64,000 nucleotides of DNA, taken from the NCBI GenBank assembly GCA_964019335.1, contig OZ025745.1:186001-250000 (forward strand). The letters are read 5' to 3'. This document shows, in pieces, positions 11,675 through 21,791 of the stretch (the stretch's first letter is position 1; every line of letters begins with the position of its first letter). The DNA comes from Diplonema japonicum (lineage: Eukaryota; Protista; Euglenozoa: Diplonemea). A program made the position numbers and the translations under genes. The notes below the pieces were generated by a model, which saw only the letters and a list, made by a program, of their open reading frames with translations, did not search any database and was not told the origin of the DNA.

Positions 11675-13366
11675 TCACCTGAGTGCAGGCACAGCGGCAC
11701 ACGAACATACACGAGCAGAACCAGACAGCCCCGGTCCCTTGGGTCTGGGGCATATGGGTCCTTCGACACATTTCTGCGCTTCGTACCTACACCGTACGTC
11801 ACTGCAAGAAGACTTGTCCTGATGAAGGGAGCACTGCTGCCCAGTGGAGTGAACAAACACTGCAAAGTGAAGAAGTTTCGTGACCACAGGGATCTCAACT
11901 GGAGCCGCACCTGCTTCAACCTCCAACTTGAAGATCGCCGCAGGTTGGGGATTCTCATCAACAGGCGCTCCACTAAACGTGGGGACATATTTAGGCCCGC
12001 AACCACCTGCTTCAAAACCCGCGGTCACCAAACCGTTGGGAAGCCCACCGTTCACCGCACTACTGCAAGGGAGGCAGTTGTGCAGGGCAACGTAAAAAGT
12101 ACATGGGTGGTTGTTCGTATTGGAAGGACAAACGAGCTTCAACGACATCCCCTTCCCCCCGTGCGATCCCATGTGGGCGGTTGAACCATGCAGCCAGGAG
12201 GGGATCTCAACCCACTTCTGTCCGCTTGTTGTTTCTTCAACAGAACCGTCGGTTCCGACATCCTTCACAACCGGATCAACCCCTCCGACAAGCTCGACAA
12301 ACTTCTCAGGGACCACACGGAATATTCTGAAACCTTCATCATTCATTCCTGAGGTGAAGAGGAAGTCTCTGTCGGCCTTTAACACAGCAGGGATGGTGGT
12401 GTGATGGTTAACCAAAACAAAAGTGTTTGGAGTGGGCTCCTCAAGAACAACGATACCATTGTCGTAACAAGCTAGGTACAGCCTACCACCGTGCCAAGAC
12501 AAGCTGCCACACACCGTTTTTTTCCCATCCTTCATGATATCAGGCACATTGAGAGGGATACGCTGCAAGGTGTTGGGGTCGATCTTCATCAGATTGAAAT
12601 TATGCCTGGACATGTCGCCAGATGCGTAGATGTGGTCGTCGTGGATGACAAGTTCCATCTGCAGAAACCAATCCCGTTCGGTGGCACCAGTGGGGCTTGT
12701 CAGAACCACATTGGGGTTTGTAGGGTCAGAGACATCGATGGCGTTGAACTCTCTCATTGAAACGCATGCATAGACCCTTTTGTCTTTTTCACGATATACT
12801 GAGTTTTTGTAATGTCCTATGCCAGGGATGTTCAGGACGCCGACTTCCTTCATGTTGGGGCCTTTCTCAATAACCATGAAACGCGTGATGCCATGGTGTC
12901 TGGCCGGGAAGTCTGTCTTGGTGAAGCATGGGAGAAAGAAATGTGTTGATGATTGCGACATGCTCAGCCATCTGTGCCTTATGCATTGATCCGGGAATTT
13001 GAGGGTTCCTACCAAAACAGGGTCCGTGGGGTCCGCCAGGCTGTAAGCTAGTACTTCATTGCTGCGCTGGAGGTACATCAGCCCGTTGCAAATCTCCATC
13101 GCGATGTACTCCTCGTACTGCGTGTTCCACAGAGGGTGCCGCAGCATGCCCACCTCTTGGGGGTTTCTCCCGTCCGTCACCTTGTAGATGAATACCTGGG
13201 CGGTGTTGCGCAGTTCGTACACGTATTCTCCCACTGTTTTAAGCTCCAGTCCTATGCCGAGCGGGCCCTTTTTGTGGAACAGCTGTGTCAACTCGGAATC
13301 AACAGCGAGAATGGGGGAAACCAACTGCGCGCAGAGCGCAGCAAAACACAACGCAGCGCGTGTCAT
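11675..13366 (-). CDS. Secreted LVIVD-repeat protein, paralogue 4 (most divergent N-terminal domain)
   Basis: Start MTRAALCFAALCAQLVSPILA; VLAYSLADPTDP and FNAIDVSDPTNP repeats; C-terminal module nearly identical to paralogue 3. Confidence 0.85.
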   Translation of the reverse strand: MTRAALCFAALCAQLVSPILAVDSELTQLFHKKGPLGIGLELKTVGEYVYELRNTAQVFIYKVTDGRNPQEVGMLRHPLWNTQYEEYIAMEICNGLMYLQRSNEVLAYSLADPTDPVLVGTLKFPDQCIRHRWLSMSQSSTHFFLPCFTKTDFPARHHGITRFMVIEKGPNMKEVGVLNIPGIGHYKNSVYREKDKRVYACVSMREFNAIDVSDPTNPNVVLTSPTGATERDWFLQMELVIHDDHIYASGDMSRHNFNLMKIDPNTLQRIPLNVPDIMKDGKKTVCGSLSWHGGRLYLACYDNGIVVLEEPTPNTFVLVNHHTTIPAVLKADRDFLFTSGMNDEGFRIFRVVPEKFVELVGGVDPVVKDVGTDGSVEETTSGQKWVEIPSWLHGSTAHMGSHGGKGMSLKLVCPSNTNNHPCTFYVALHNCLPCSSAVNGGLPNGLVTAGFEAGGCGPKYVPTFSGAPVDENPQPAAIFKLEVEAGAAPVEIPVVTKLLHFAVFVHSTGQQCSLHQDKSSCSDVRCRYEAQKCVEGPICPRPKGPGLSGSARVCSCAAVPALR

Positions 13367-13578
13367 CCTTCCTTCTTCTTTTTTTTTTTTTTTTCTTCTT
13401 CTGAATGGGTCAAAAAAATTAGAGTAAATAAATACGGCATAAAAAGAAAAAATAAATTCGTCGAACACGTCCCCTTTTCGTAAGAAATGGGTGGGGGGAA
13501 GGGTGGGGGGGGGGGGGGGGGGGTGGTTAATTAATGTTGGGGATAAAACACTTTTTTCGTTTCTTTTTTTTTTTTTTT

Positions 13579-14199
13579 TCACCACCAATTATCGACCCTC
13601 AGCACCTTCAGCAAGCCAAGGTACTCCGTCCCCCGGTCTGCTGTGATTCGATGCCGGGTGGCTTGCTCAGTTTTAGCCAACCAGTGAAGCTCTTCAGCGT
13701 GAGAGATAATCACCACCATGTGTTGAGATATGACATCTTGCAGATATGCGCGCGAGTCAGCCTCGGCAGCTTCGAGCGAGGCCCGTGCAGAATGCTGATC
13801 GATGATGAAAGAGGTGGTTAAAGAAGACCGCACATTTCTAAAATTGTCCGCTATTTTGTAAGAAGTGTGGGTGAAGAGGAGCATTTCTTCAGAAACAGTA
13901 AGCTCTCTGTTGATCGTTTCTGCATATTGCAGCCCGGCAAGCAGCATCTCCCTTGTTGCTTCATTGTATTCCCACCGCGATAGCTCCCGGTGGTGTGTTC
14001 GCTGGGAATCTACTAAAAGCCGTCTCGCTTCTCTTTCAAGCTCTTCTTCCTCCCTCCTTGCCACCCACGACTCTTCGATTACGAGCATCTTCTTCAGCTC
14101 CCTTACATTCGTCCCCAACATTCTCCGTGTTTTCATCTCTGTGACCTCAATTCCTTCCCTTCCAAGGAGTACACCATTTGTTAATAATTGCAACGCCAT
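13579..14199 (-). CDS. Hypothetical E/R-rich helical or coiled-coil protein (206 aa)
   Basis: Homopolymer-free ORF behind an A-rich leader; ends KVLRVDNWW. Confidence 0.7.
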   Translation of the reverse strand: MALQLLTNGVLLGREGIEVTEMKTRRMLGTNVRELKKMLVIEESWVARREEEELEREARRLLVDSQRTHHRELSRWEYNEATREMLLAGLQYAETINRELTVSEEMLLFTHTSYKIADNFRNVRSSLTTSFIIDQHSARASLEAAEADSRAYLQDVISQHMVVIISHAEELHWLAKTEQATRHRITADRGTEYLGLLKVLRVDNWW

Positions 14200-14338
14200 A
14201 TCTTTTTTCTTTTTTTTTTTTGTTGTTGTCGCGCTTAAAAAAACGCCGGTAGTAGAAAGAGAAGAGAGAGAGAGAGAGAGAGAAATGCCTACCCTCCATG
14301 CTATGCAAGATTGTAAATTGGAAGAAAGAAAATCTCTG

Positions 14339-14803
14339 TTATTTTTTTGTTTGGCTGTCTTTTACATCCTGTGCCCGTCGTTTCGCCACAGCCTCTCTGA
14401 GGGTTTCCCTTGTAGTCAGGTAGCACTCGAAGTCGGTAAAGGCCTTGGGATAGCTTGTTCTGTTGCAAACCACCCGCTTCTTTCTTCCTATGAGCCTTGT
14501 GTACAGAGGGTACTTGCAAGAGGATGGAGAAACATGTGTCTCGTGAGATATATGGGGTCTGCGTTGGTGTTGAAAAATAAGTGGTTCGCTTTGGAGTTCA
14601 AAGGGACTCTCTGCAACACCTCCACAGTACCCCAAGTACTCCCTACCTTGTACTAGCTCTGCTACAAGGGTGCCATCTACAACCCCTGTTACCCTCTTTA
14701 GACAAAGCGGCTGTTGCTGCATCGCCCATCCCTCTACCATGGGCCCATCAGGTTCGCACCTTTTACTGTAGGACACCGACGGGGCCTGTTCTGTGTAGTT
14801 CAT
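14339..14803 (-). CDS. Hypothetical protein (154 aa)
   Basis: ATG directly after a poly(A) run; coding-like composition; no family recognised. Confidence 0.6.
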   Translation of the reverse strand: MNYTEQAPSVSYSKRCEPDGPMVEGWAMQQQPLCLKRVTGVVDGTLVAELVQGREYLGYCGGVAESPFELQSEPLIFQHQRRPHISHETHVSPSSCKYPLYTRLIGRKKRVVCNRTSYPKAFTDFECYLTTRETLREAVAKRRAQDVKDSQTKK

Positions 14804-15042
14804 TTTTTTTTTTAAAAAAACCTGTGAGATTAAGAGAAAAGAGACGATGGAAAAAAAAAAAGGTGTAAAGTTAGAACTCTAAGTGAACAAATAAGAGGGG
14901 GGGAAAGGGGGGGGGGGGGGGGGGGGACTGATCTATAAAAAGAATAAAAAAAGAGTGGAAGGACAGCCGCGACGCGAAATATATGGGTATAAAAAAAAAA
15001 TAAATAAATAAAAAAAAAAAAGAGGCAAGTTCCAAATTTCAT

Positions 15043-17005
15043 CTACGAGTCAGGCTCTGCGAAGTATTCATCGGTGGCAGGATCGTAGTAGTACTTCAAC
15101 TCGGGGTCGTACAAAAGCGTCCTTTGGGAAGAAGGGGGGTCTTGTTGCTGTTCCGACCAATCGCTGAGAACAGATGGGGACCTTGGCTTGAACGACTCGT
15201 ACAGACAAAGATCGTCCGCAGAGGTTAACGCACCAGCCATGCTCCCCATGGCACTGATGAACGGGTTCCGTGCAACGCTCTCTCTGAAGCTGAAGGCACA
15301 GCTACTGTCGTTCTCCCTCTCCACCGCATCCATGGACAGCTTTAACCTGCTCGCGGTGTTCACATCACTAAGACGCGGGATGCTGCTTGCTGTACTTACT
15401 TTGTCCGTACAGGGCGTAATACCTTGCAATAGTGATCTGTTTTTTTTTTATTTTTTTTTTTCTCTTTCTTCATAATAGTATATGAATGCTCGTCCGGTAA
15501 AAAAAAAAAAAAAAAAATGTCCACAAATGACACTCCTAGGGAGAGGGTTGCATGCATGCCCTTCTTTTGCTCAAATACCCCCAAAAGTGTAGACATTTTA
15601 ATCCGGACGAAGCTCATAAAAAATATATATACCTTCGCACTTCCTCCTTCTTCTCAAAGGGCAGGGCCCGTCCTGCATTGTTCACGCCCATCAGTTTCCG
15701 TTCGACAGAAGACAGGACCGGATCTGGGCGGATGCGGGTAGAGCGTTGAGGGGATGCGACAAGAGGTGTGAGGGGGGCAGGCGTGCTTTGTGTGTCTTCC
15801 TCTTCTTCTTCTTCTTCCTCCTCCTCCTCCTCTTCTTCTGTTCCCAGGTCCTCTTCTTCGACCGTTTCTACTTCTGTTTCTACTGTCTCCTCTTCTTCCT
15901 CCTCTGTTGCCTGGTCTGTTTCATCCTCGTTTCCATACTTCCCAAGCTCCTCTTCCATGTTCCTCAAGGAGTCCAGACAGTGCACCTTGAAATCTGAGCA
16001 CAGTACCGCCGGTGTGTCCTCTACCTTCACGATCCTCGACACGTTAGGTGTCTTCCCCACGGTGGAGGGGCTGTACCGCTGTGGGTTGTAAGGTGTGACC
16101 ACCGTGTTTTCTTCTTCCTTTTCCTCGTTGTTGCCGTTCTCTTTGTGAGGGGGGGTCGTTTTGGATTTTTTTGGGGTTAAGGATTTGTGCCGTGGGGTGG
16201 GCGTGGGCTTCACAATACCCGTCACGCTCTTAACAGAGGCCTTCGACAGGGTGCTTGCAATGCTAATGTCTTCACTCTTAGCACGACGGAAACCTTGCAT
16301 GGGGTCGATGTGGTACGAAGGGGCTTCACACTTGCTTTGCACCTCGTCATCATCATCATCATGAAGCACGGAGTACATGACAATGAGAGGGGAAGGGGCA
16401 CGGGGCGACGGCCTAGGAGCCTCAGAGAGAGATACTATCTGCGTAGTGTACGGAACGTTGGGAGGGAAGTCAAGAGGTGCGGGGAGAGGGCTCACAGGGG
16501 GATCGCGGAGGGAGAGCAGCTTGCGCAGCCTGCAAGATGGACCAATGGTTATCAGATCCACGGAGCACAGAGAGAGGGATGGGAAGGCAACGGAGAAGAT
16601 CGTACGGACATCAAAGCAAAGGTTCAACCATCTGCCTCTTATGACGTTTTGCAAAGGCAGCTTGACGTGGAGGGGGTCGCGGGAGGGCTTCTGAGACGCA
16701 GTGGACATAACCACGCGCCGCCTGGTCCTCCCGTCCGAGCAGAGGAACTCGAAAAACAACGGGCCGCCTTCGCCAGCGTACATTTGCGCCACAACCACAG
16801 GGTGCCTCAGCCCTAGCGCACCCCCGACCTGCACCCTGCAGCTCGGTGCCACTTCACCGTCAATCACAACACAGGCTGCCTTCAAGCCCTTGTCGTATGT
16901 CCGCTTCACCGCTTTCGGGACATTTATTTTCAGCTCTCCCAAAGGCTTGCTTCCCGTCGCGGTGAAAATCTCCACACACGGCCCGCCTTGGTAGGGCCGC
17001 GCCAT
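15043..17005 (-). CDS. CFAP20DC: CFAP20 (DUF667) domain-containing protein, 2 exons (intron 15437-15632)
   Basis: N-terminal CFAP20-like domain (YQGGPCVEIF, HVKLPL, WLNLCFD, CRLRKL), acidic linker and C-terminal LLYDPELKYYYDPATDEYF. A GTATAT...CAG intron joins ORFs 15614..17005 and 15043..15429 in frame (EVRR/SLLQG). Confidence 0.8.
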
Positions 17006-17130
17006 GCTTGTTGGGACCTCCCTTCTGTTAGAAAAAAAGAAGATAAAAAAAGGTAATTCTTAAAATTTAAAAGGGGTCATGTATAAAAAGAAAAAAGAAA
17101 AAAAGAAGCGAACTGCACAACACAAATAAA

Positions 17131-19089
17131 CTATTGATTCTTGTAGCTCACAGAGTTGTGGTTGGTGCTTTTCCAATCGGCGTGTATCCTGCCCTCCTCC
17201 CGTGCGGGGGTTAGCGTAACGGACGTGCAATGGGAGTACACGGAGATCTCGAAAGGTACGGGGTCCGCATCGACCTCGAGCCCGCGGACCTTCGGGGTCA
17301 GCTTGACCTCTGTGTCTGCCGGAATCGAAATGATCTCACAGATCTCGGTCTGCGTGGAATATCTTTGCGGTTTTCGGCCACTGACTTCGATACGTATCTC
17401 ATGTTTCCCCACTGTGCCAGGAAAGTCTGTGGGGGATTTCGCTCTCGACCGCCCGACCCTCCGAACCGTTTTCTTGCTGTAGAACATCGGCGGGAAAGAG
17501 GACACGTTTCGCAACAAGCACCCGGACGCACCTTGACAGAGGAAGACGAACACTTTGCACTGCACAGGAGACTTAAGAACATAATGTTTCTGCGTGGCGT
17601 CCCACGACCCGCGAAGGGTAGCACGGCGAAGTGTCACCCAGTCCAACTCCTTTACCTCGACGTTTGAACAGTAGAATGACGCAGCGAACTCACAAAAAAT
17701 ACCTGGGTAGTAGGTGGAGATAACGCATAGATGCGCCATTTGCTGCAGAGGAGGAAGCTCGACATCTAACGCCACCTCACGCTTGTTCCAGAAGGTCATC
17801 CCGTGCGTCACATCGTAACAGTTCGGAAGCAGCGAAGCGGGGGAGATATCAGACCCTCTGGGACGGACAACAGTGAAACCTATTGGGTTGTATGAGATGG
17901 TCCCTGGCTTAACGTATCCACGTTGGTCATGGTGCGACACAACAAGCTGCACACGAGAAGGAGCGTCAGTAAGAGGCGTGAGTAGGAAGACTGGGTTGTG
18001 TCTGAACGATACAAATCCTCTTGACCCGCCGCTGTTCTTCTCTGTGAATGTTCCGCGTATGGTGTAGGGTACCACCCCGACCATTTCGACTCTGCAGACG
18101 TTGATGACATCGAAGCTTTTCACAAATTCTCTCGCGGGTATTGTGAACACACCGCCGTCTCTCGTTTCGTCCCCAACCCACCCTCCCGTGCCCCATGGGT
18201 TGTACACCTCCACCATCATCGTTTCGTTGTCACCAAAAAACACATCTAAAACTGCATAGGCATGGCCGGTCACCAAACCGTTTGGTAATCTGGCATGCCG
18301 TACCCTACCAGGCGGCATCCCTGCGGTGATGAGCGCGTGTTCTTCGGTGTACTCGTAGATCTGCGTGCAGACCTCTCCCAGATCTGTGTCTTTTCCTTCT
18401 TTGATGTTGATCCCTTCAACCGGGAGCCCTGTCAAGTCGTACAGCGATTCTGCAATGTTCCCTGAGTTGATGGCCGCGTACGATCCGTAGAATTTCGCGT
18501 AGGCTTTTTCTAATAGGAGCGGCCAAGGGGATCCTCTTTTGCATCTTGTGAATGCCGGGGTGATGGGCGATGTGTTGGTTTTGTGGCACGGGATGAGGTC
18601 ATCGACGAGGATAGACGTCCATTTGGAGTCCTTCCAGAATTGAATGGTGTAGCAGCCCTGCTCCGTGATGGTTTCGGTGCACTTCTCAAAGACCTTGCGA
18701 AGGACCGCTTGCGATTTTGCAGCGACAACCGCGCTGACTACGAACGGGCAATCACCCAGTTTCCCTTGTTTCACGTCAGTGGGGAGCACGTTGTCCGGGA
18801 TGATGGCGTCTCCAACAGAGAAGCCCGGTATGTCTGTCAAACGGTGCCACTCTATCCCCCCCTTCACAGGGCCGTATCCGTGTTCCTCGACCGCCCTTGG
18901 CGTGAAGACGTTGTCGGTCCACTTCCCTTCCGCGAGGGACGGTCCGCGCTGTGGCTTCAGCATCTTCTCGCGTACCGATACAAACCTGCCGGGGACCTTC
19001 TTCAGCTCTACAAGCTGCTTCTCCTCATCGTCGTCGTCACCCCGCCGGCTTCGATTCTTCTTGTCCTCGCAACATAGGCAGCATCCCAT
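17131..19089 (-). CDS. Calpain-family cysteine protease with N-terminal dual-acylation motif
   Basis: QGKLGDC, LLEKAYAKFYGSY, GHAYAV and NPWG (Cys/His/Asn triad present); domain III (GG...FRHNP); MGCCLCC start. Confidence 0.92.
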   Translation of the reverse strand: MGCCLCCEDKKNRSRRGDDDDEEKQLVELKKVPGRFVSVREKMLKPQRGPSLAEGKWTDNVFTPRAVEEHGYGPVKGGIEWHRLTDIPGFSVGDAIIPDNVLPTDVKQGKLGDCPFVVSAVVAAKSQAVLRKVFEKCTETITEQGCYTIQFWKDSKWTSILVDDLIPCHKTNTSPITPAFTRCKRGSPWPLLLEKAYAKFYGSYAAINSGNIAESLYDLTGLPVEGINIKEGKDTDLGEVCTQIYEYTEEHALITAGMPPGRVRHARLPNGLVTGHAYAVLDVFFGDNETMMVEVYNPWGTGGWVGDETRDGGVFTIPAREFVKSFDVINVCRVEMVGVVPYTIRGTFTEKNSGGSRGFVSFRHNPVFLLTPLTDAPSRVQLVVSHHDQRGYVKPGTISYNPIGFTVVRPRGSDISPASLLPNCYDVTHGMTFWNKREVALDVELPPLQQMAHLCVISTYYPGIFCEFAASFYCSNVEVKELDWVTLRRATLRGSWDATQKHYVLKSPVQCKVFVFLCQGASGCLLRNVSSFPPMFYSKKTVRRVGRSRAKSPTDFPGTVGKHEIRIEVSGRKPQRYSTQTEICEIISIPADTEVKLTPKVRGLEVDADPVPFEISVYSHCTSVTLTPAREEGRIHADWKSTNHNSVSYKNQ

Positions 19090-19482
19090 GTACTGTGGTG
19101 GCGTGAGGAGGGGGGGAAAAAGGAAAAAAAAAATTAATAAGAGAAGAGTTTTTTAAGGTGGACGTATATCGGTTATAGGCCGTCAACGCGCAACCCCCTC
19201 TGCATCAGCATAACCCTCAGGCTACAAAAAAAAATCAAGCTCCCTGAGACGAAAGCCGCATGCCCTAAAAAGTATGGTCACTACTAGGTATCTCTCAGTT
19301 TCGGTCAAATCTCGCGACTCCGCCAGGTGCTGTACCTCTTCAGGCGCAAGGCTGGCTCCTGCTAGCTTCCCAGCAGGTGGAGAGTACTTTTCCCGACGAA
19401 AAAAAGAAAAAAAAAGAAGAAGCGAAAGGTTAGATAAGGCTCCTTTTTTTTTTTTTTTTGTTTTGTTTTGTTTTGTTTTGTT

Positions 19483-20262
19483 TCAAGCCAAAACCGACTT
19501 GAACACGGCGACCATCTTCCTATCGGTGATGGCGAAGACAACCCTTGGGAAGTTGAACTTTTGCAGCTGCTTCTTAAAGATGGCGGCCACGGTCTCAGGG
19601 TGGTTCCCGAACACACCACACCCAAAGGCCCCGAGGACGATGGTCTCACGGTGCTCATTGTGCATATGAGTCAAAACACGCCTTATGCGCTCCTCCAAAG
19701 CATCTGAGACAAGAGCAGGGGCATTGGACACAGATTTCTTCTCTAGCACACCATTGTTCGGCGCAGGAGAGGACACAAAGGTGGCAGTGTAAGGAGGCAC
19801 CTCAGTCCCGTCGTCCCTCCTGAAGATAGGTACATCAGGCGACACAATCATAGTGTGAGTGTATGCCCCGCTAGGAGCGTTTCGGTGTGGGATGTACATC
19901 TCCTTCATGAACTTGTCAAGGCACGGAAACAGGCCTGATGATCTGGCCAAAGACTCTTCCTGTGCTTGAGAGCCCCCCAAAAAACCCCCTCCTGGGTTCC
20001 TCGCGCTGGCGAAGTTCAGCACTCCAAGCTTCTCATCCTTGTATTTTTCACATGCCATCAGAGTGGTGCCCTCTACTACAAGCAGCTCGCTTTTCCCTTT
20101 GTACATTTCGCCCTTGACCTTTACATCGTCGTCGGCAAGGTGAACCCTCGACGCCTTAATTGCCTTCGCAAGAGTGTCACCGAAACTGTGCCCCTTGAAG
20201 CTGCCCTCCTTCAAAGCGTTCATTGTCTGCTCCGCCATCACCTTGCGCTGCGCACGGGACAT
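19483..20262 (-). CDS. TIGR02452/DUF2263 macrodomain, bacterial-type poly(ADP-ribose) glycohydrolase
   Basis: LNFASARNPGGGFLGGSQAQEESLARSS (GGG-x-QEE) and LGAFGCGVFGN; start MSRAQRK after a purine-rich leader. Confidence 0.9.
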   Translation of the reverse strand: MSRAQRKVMAEQTMNALKEGSFKGHSFGDTLAKAIKASRVHLADDDVKVKGEMYKGKSELLVVEGTTLMACEKYKDEKLGVLNFASARNPGGGFLGGSQAQEESLARSSGLFPCLDKFMKEMYIPHRNAPSGAYTHTMIVSPDVPIFRRDDGTEVPPYTATFVSSPAPNNGVLEKKSVSNAPALVSDALEERIRRVLTHMHNEHRETIVLGAFGCGVFGNHPETVAAIFKKQLQKFNFPRVVFAITDRKMVAVFKSVLA

Positions 20263-20405
20263 TTTTTTTCTCTCTCTCTTTTTTTTTTTCCCCCTCCGCC
20301 TCTTACTTGTATTTTCGGACAACAAAAAGAAGAAAAAAAAAAAAGAAGAAAAAAGAAAAAACAGCTGTAAGGTGGGCTTCTTTTTTTTTTTTTTTTTTCT
20401 TTAAA

Positions 20406-21659
20406 TCACAGTTTTGCTTCGATGGCCCGCCATGTGCGTCGTTCCCAATCCACTTGGTACTCCACGTTGCGGTAGGTGTCCGGGTCGCCGGGGAAGTCTG
20501 GTGTCCTCTGCACCCTGTCGTTGTACAACTGTTCAACGAGGTCAACCCTTTGGCACAGCTTGTCAAGGTCCTTTGTACCCGCACGCCTATGAAGCTCCTT
20601 AACGTAGTTCCACTGCAGCGAGCCAAGCGTGTGCGTTTGTTTCGCAGACTTCGGAGGAGGCTGTGTGTCGGGCGACATGTCCGCAGTTCCCGACAGAATG
20701 GCAGCGGCAAACTTCGCCTGCGCCTCCAAAATAGGAAGCGGCGCGACAGAATAAGGCAGGCCCATGAAAAAACAAGAATCGGAGTGTTTTGGAGGAAGCA
20801 TTTGCAAGCTGAAATTCCGAATGTAAAGCGCTTCGGGATCAGGCGACAAACCCAACCCTTCAAGATCCATGAACGGAAAGGTGTACTTGTACCCAGTTGC
20901 ATACACAACGTGGGTTAAAGGAGTTCTTAAAACAACAGGAACGCCGTTCAACAGAACGTCTCCAGAAGGGGAAACAGAAACGGAGCGTGATGGGAGGCGG
21001 TGACGGTTGTTCTTGACGTGCGCAGCCCAGCAGGAAGGGTCCGATATGAAAACAGTTTTTGCCACGGAGGATATCTCACGTGCAAGGTCTGTCCCGCTGG
21101 ACTTCGCTCCGATAATTAAGACGTTCCCGCCTGTGAACTGTTCCGCGTTCCTGTACTGCGCAGCGTGCATCACACGGCCGCCCCATTCTTTCACACCTGG
21201 AACATCAGGACAGTGTGGTACTCTGTAATGACCAATTGCCACCACAACAGCATCGAAAGAGTCACATTGTAGTTTTGATGAAGATGACCAATGGACACTC
21301 CACTTGTTCGTTTTTTCGTCCCGTTGTACCTTGGTGACCTTGCATCCGAGTTTTACGTAGTTCAATAGTTTAAAGGTGTCGGCGTAGGTGTTCAGGTATT
21401 CTTCCATATCCTTTGGCCGCATGTATGATTTTGTCCCGGGCTTGAAATCCAACTCGTGGAACTGCATGACCTGTTTGGGGAGGTTCGTGACCAGGCCGTC
21501 GTATATTACCGGGGCGCTCGCCGTGCTGCCCATCCAGATCCCGCCGATACCCTTGTCGCTTTCTTCAAAGACCGTTGGGAGGTGTCCCTTTTCCAACAAC
21601 CACCTGCATGCAGCCAGGCCTGCTGCGCCTCCTCCAATTACCCCGACCCGTTTTTGCAT
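20406..21659 (-). CDS. Flavin-containing monooxygenase (FMO)
   Basis: IGGGAAG FAD motif, GGIW, WGGRVMHAAQYR fingerprint, GAKSSG NADPH motif, ATGY. Confidence 0.92.
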   Translation of the reverse strand: MQKRVGVIGGGAAGLAACRWLLEKGHLPTVFEESDKGIGGIWMGSTASAPVIYDGLVTNLPKQVMQFHELDFKPGTKSYMRPKDMEEYLNTYADTFKLLNYVKLGCKVTKVQRDEKTNKWSVHWSSSSKLQCDSFDAVVVAIGHYRVPHCPDVPGVKEWGGRVMHAAQYRNAEQFTGGNVLIIGAKSSGTDLAREISSVAKTVFISDPSCWAAHVKNNRHRLPSRSVSVSPSGDVLLNGVPVVLRTPLTHVVYATGYKYTFPFMDLEGLGLSPDPEALYIRNFSLQMLPPKHSDSCFFMGLPYSVAPLPILEAQAKFAAAILSGTADMSPDTQPPPKSAKQTHTLGSLQWNYVKELHRRAGTKDLDKLCQRVDLVEQLYNDRVQRTPDFPGDPDTYRNVEYQVDWERRTWRAIEAKL

Positions 21660-21791
21660 TTTTTTTTTTTTTTTCGCTCGTCTTTTTTTTTTTCTTTTCT
21701 TTTTTTTTCTCCTCCGCTCGGGGAGGGGGGGGGGAAAAAAGGTGAGTAGCGCAAAGAGACAAAAAAAAAAAAAAAAGTTGTCTCGATTTTA

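Noticed and set aside
4512-12404. Repeated + strand ORFs opposite the LVIVD genes
   Set aside because: Antisense shadows of the conserved module; their similarity follows from DNA identity.
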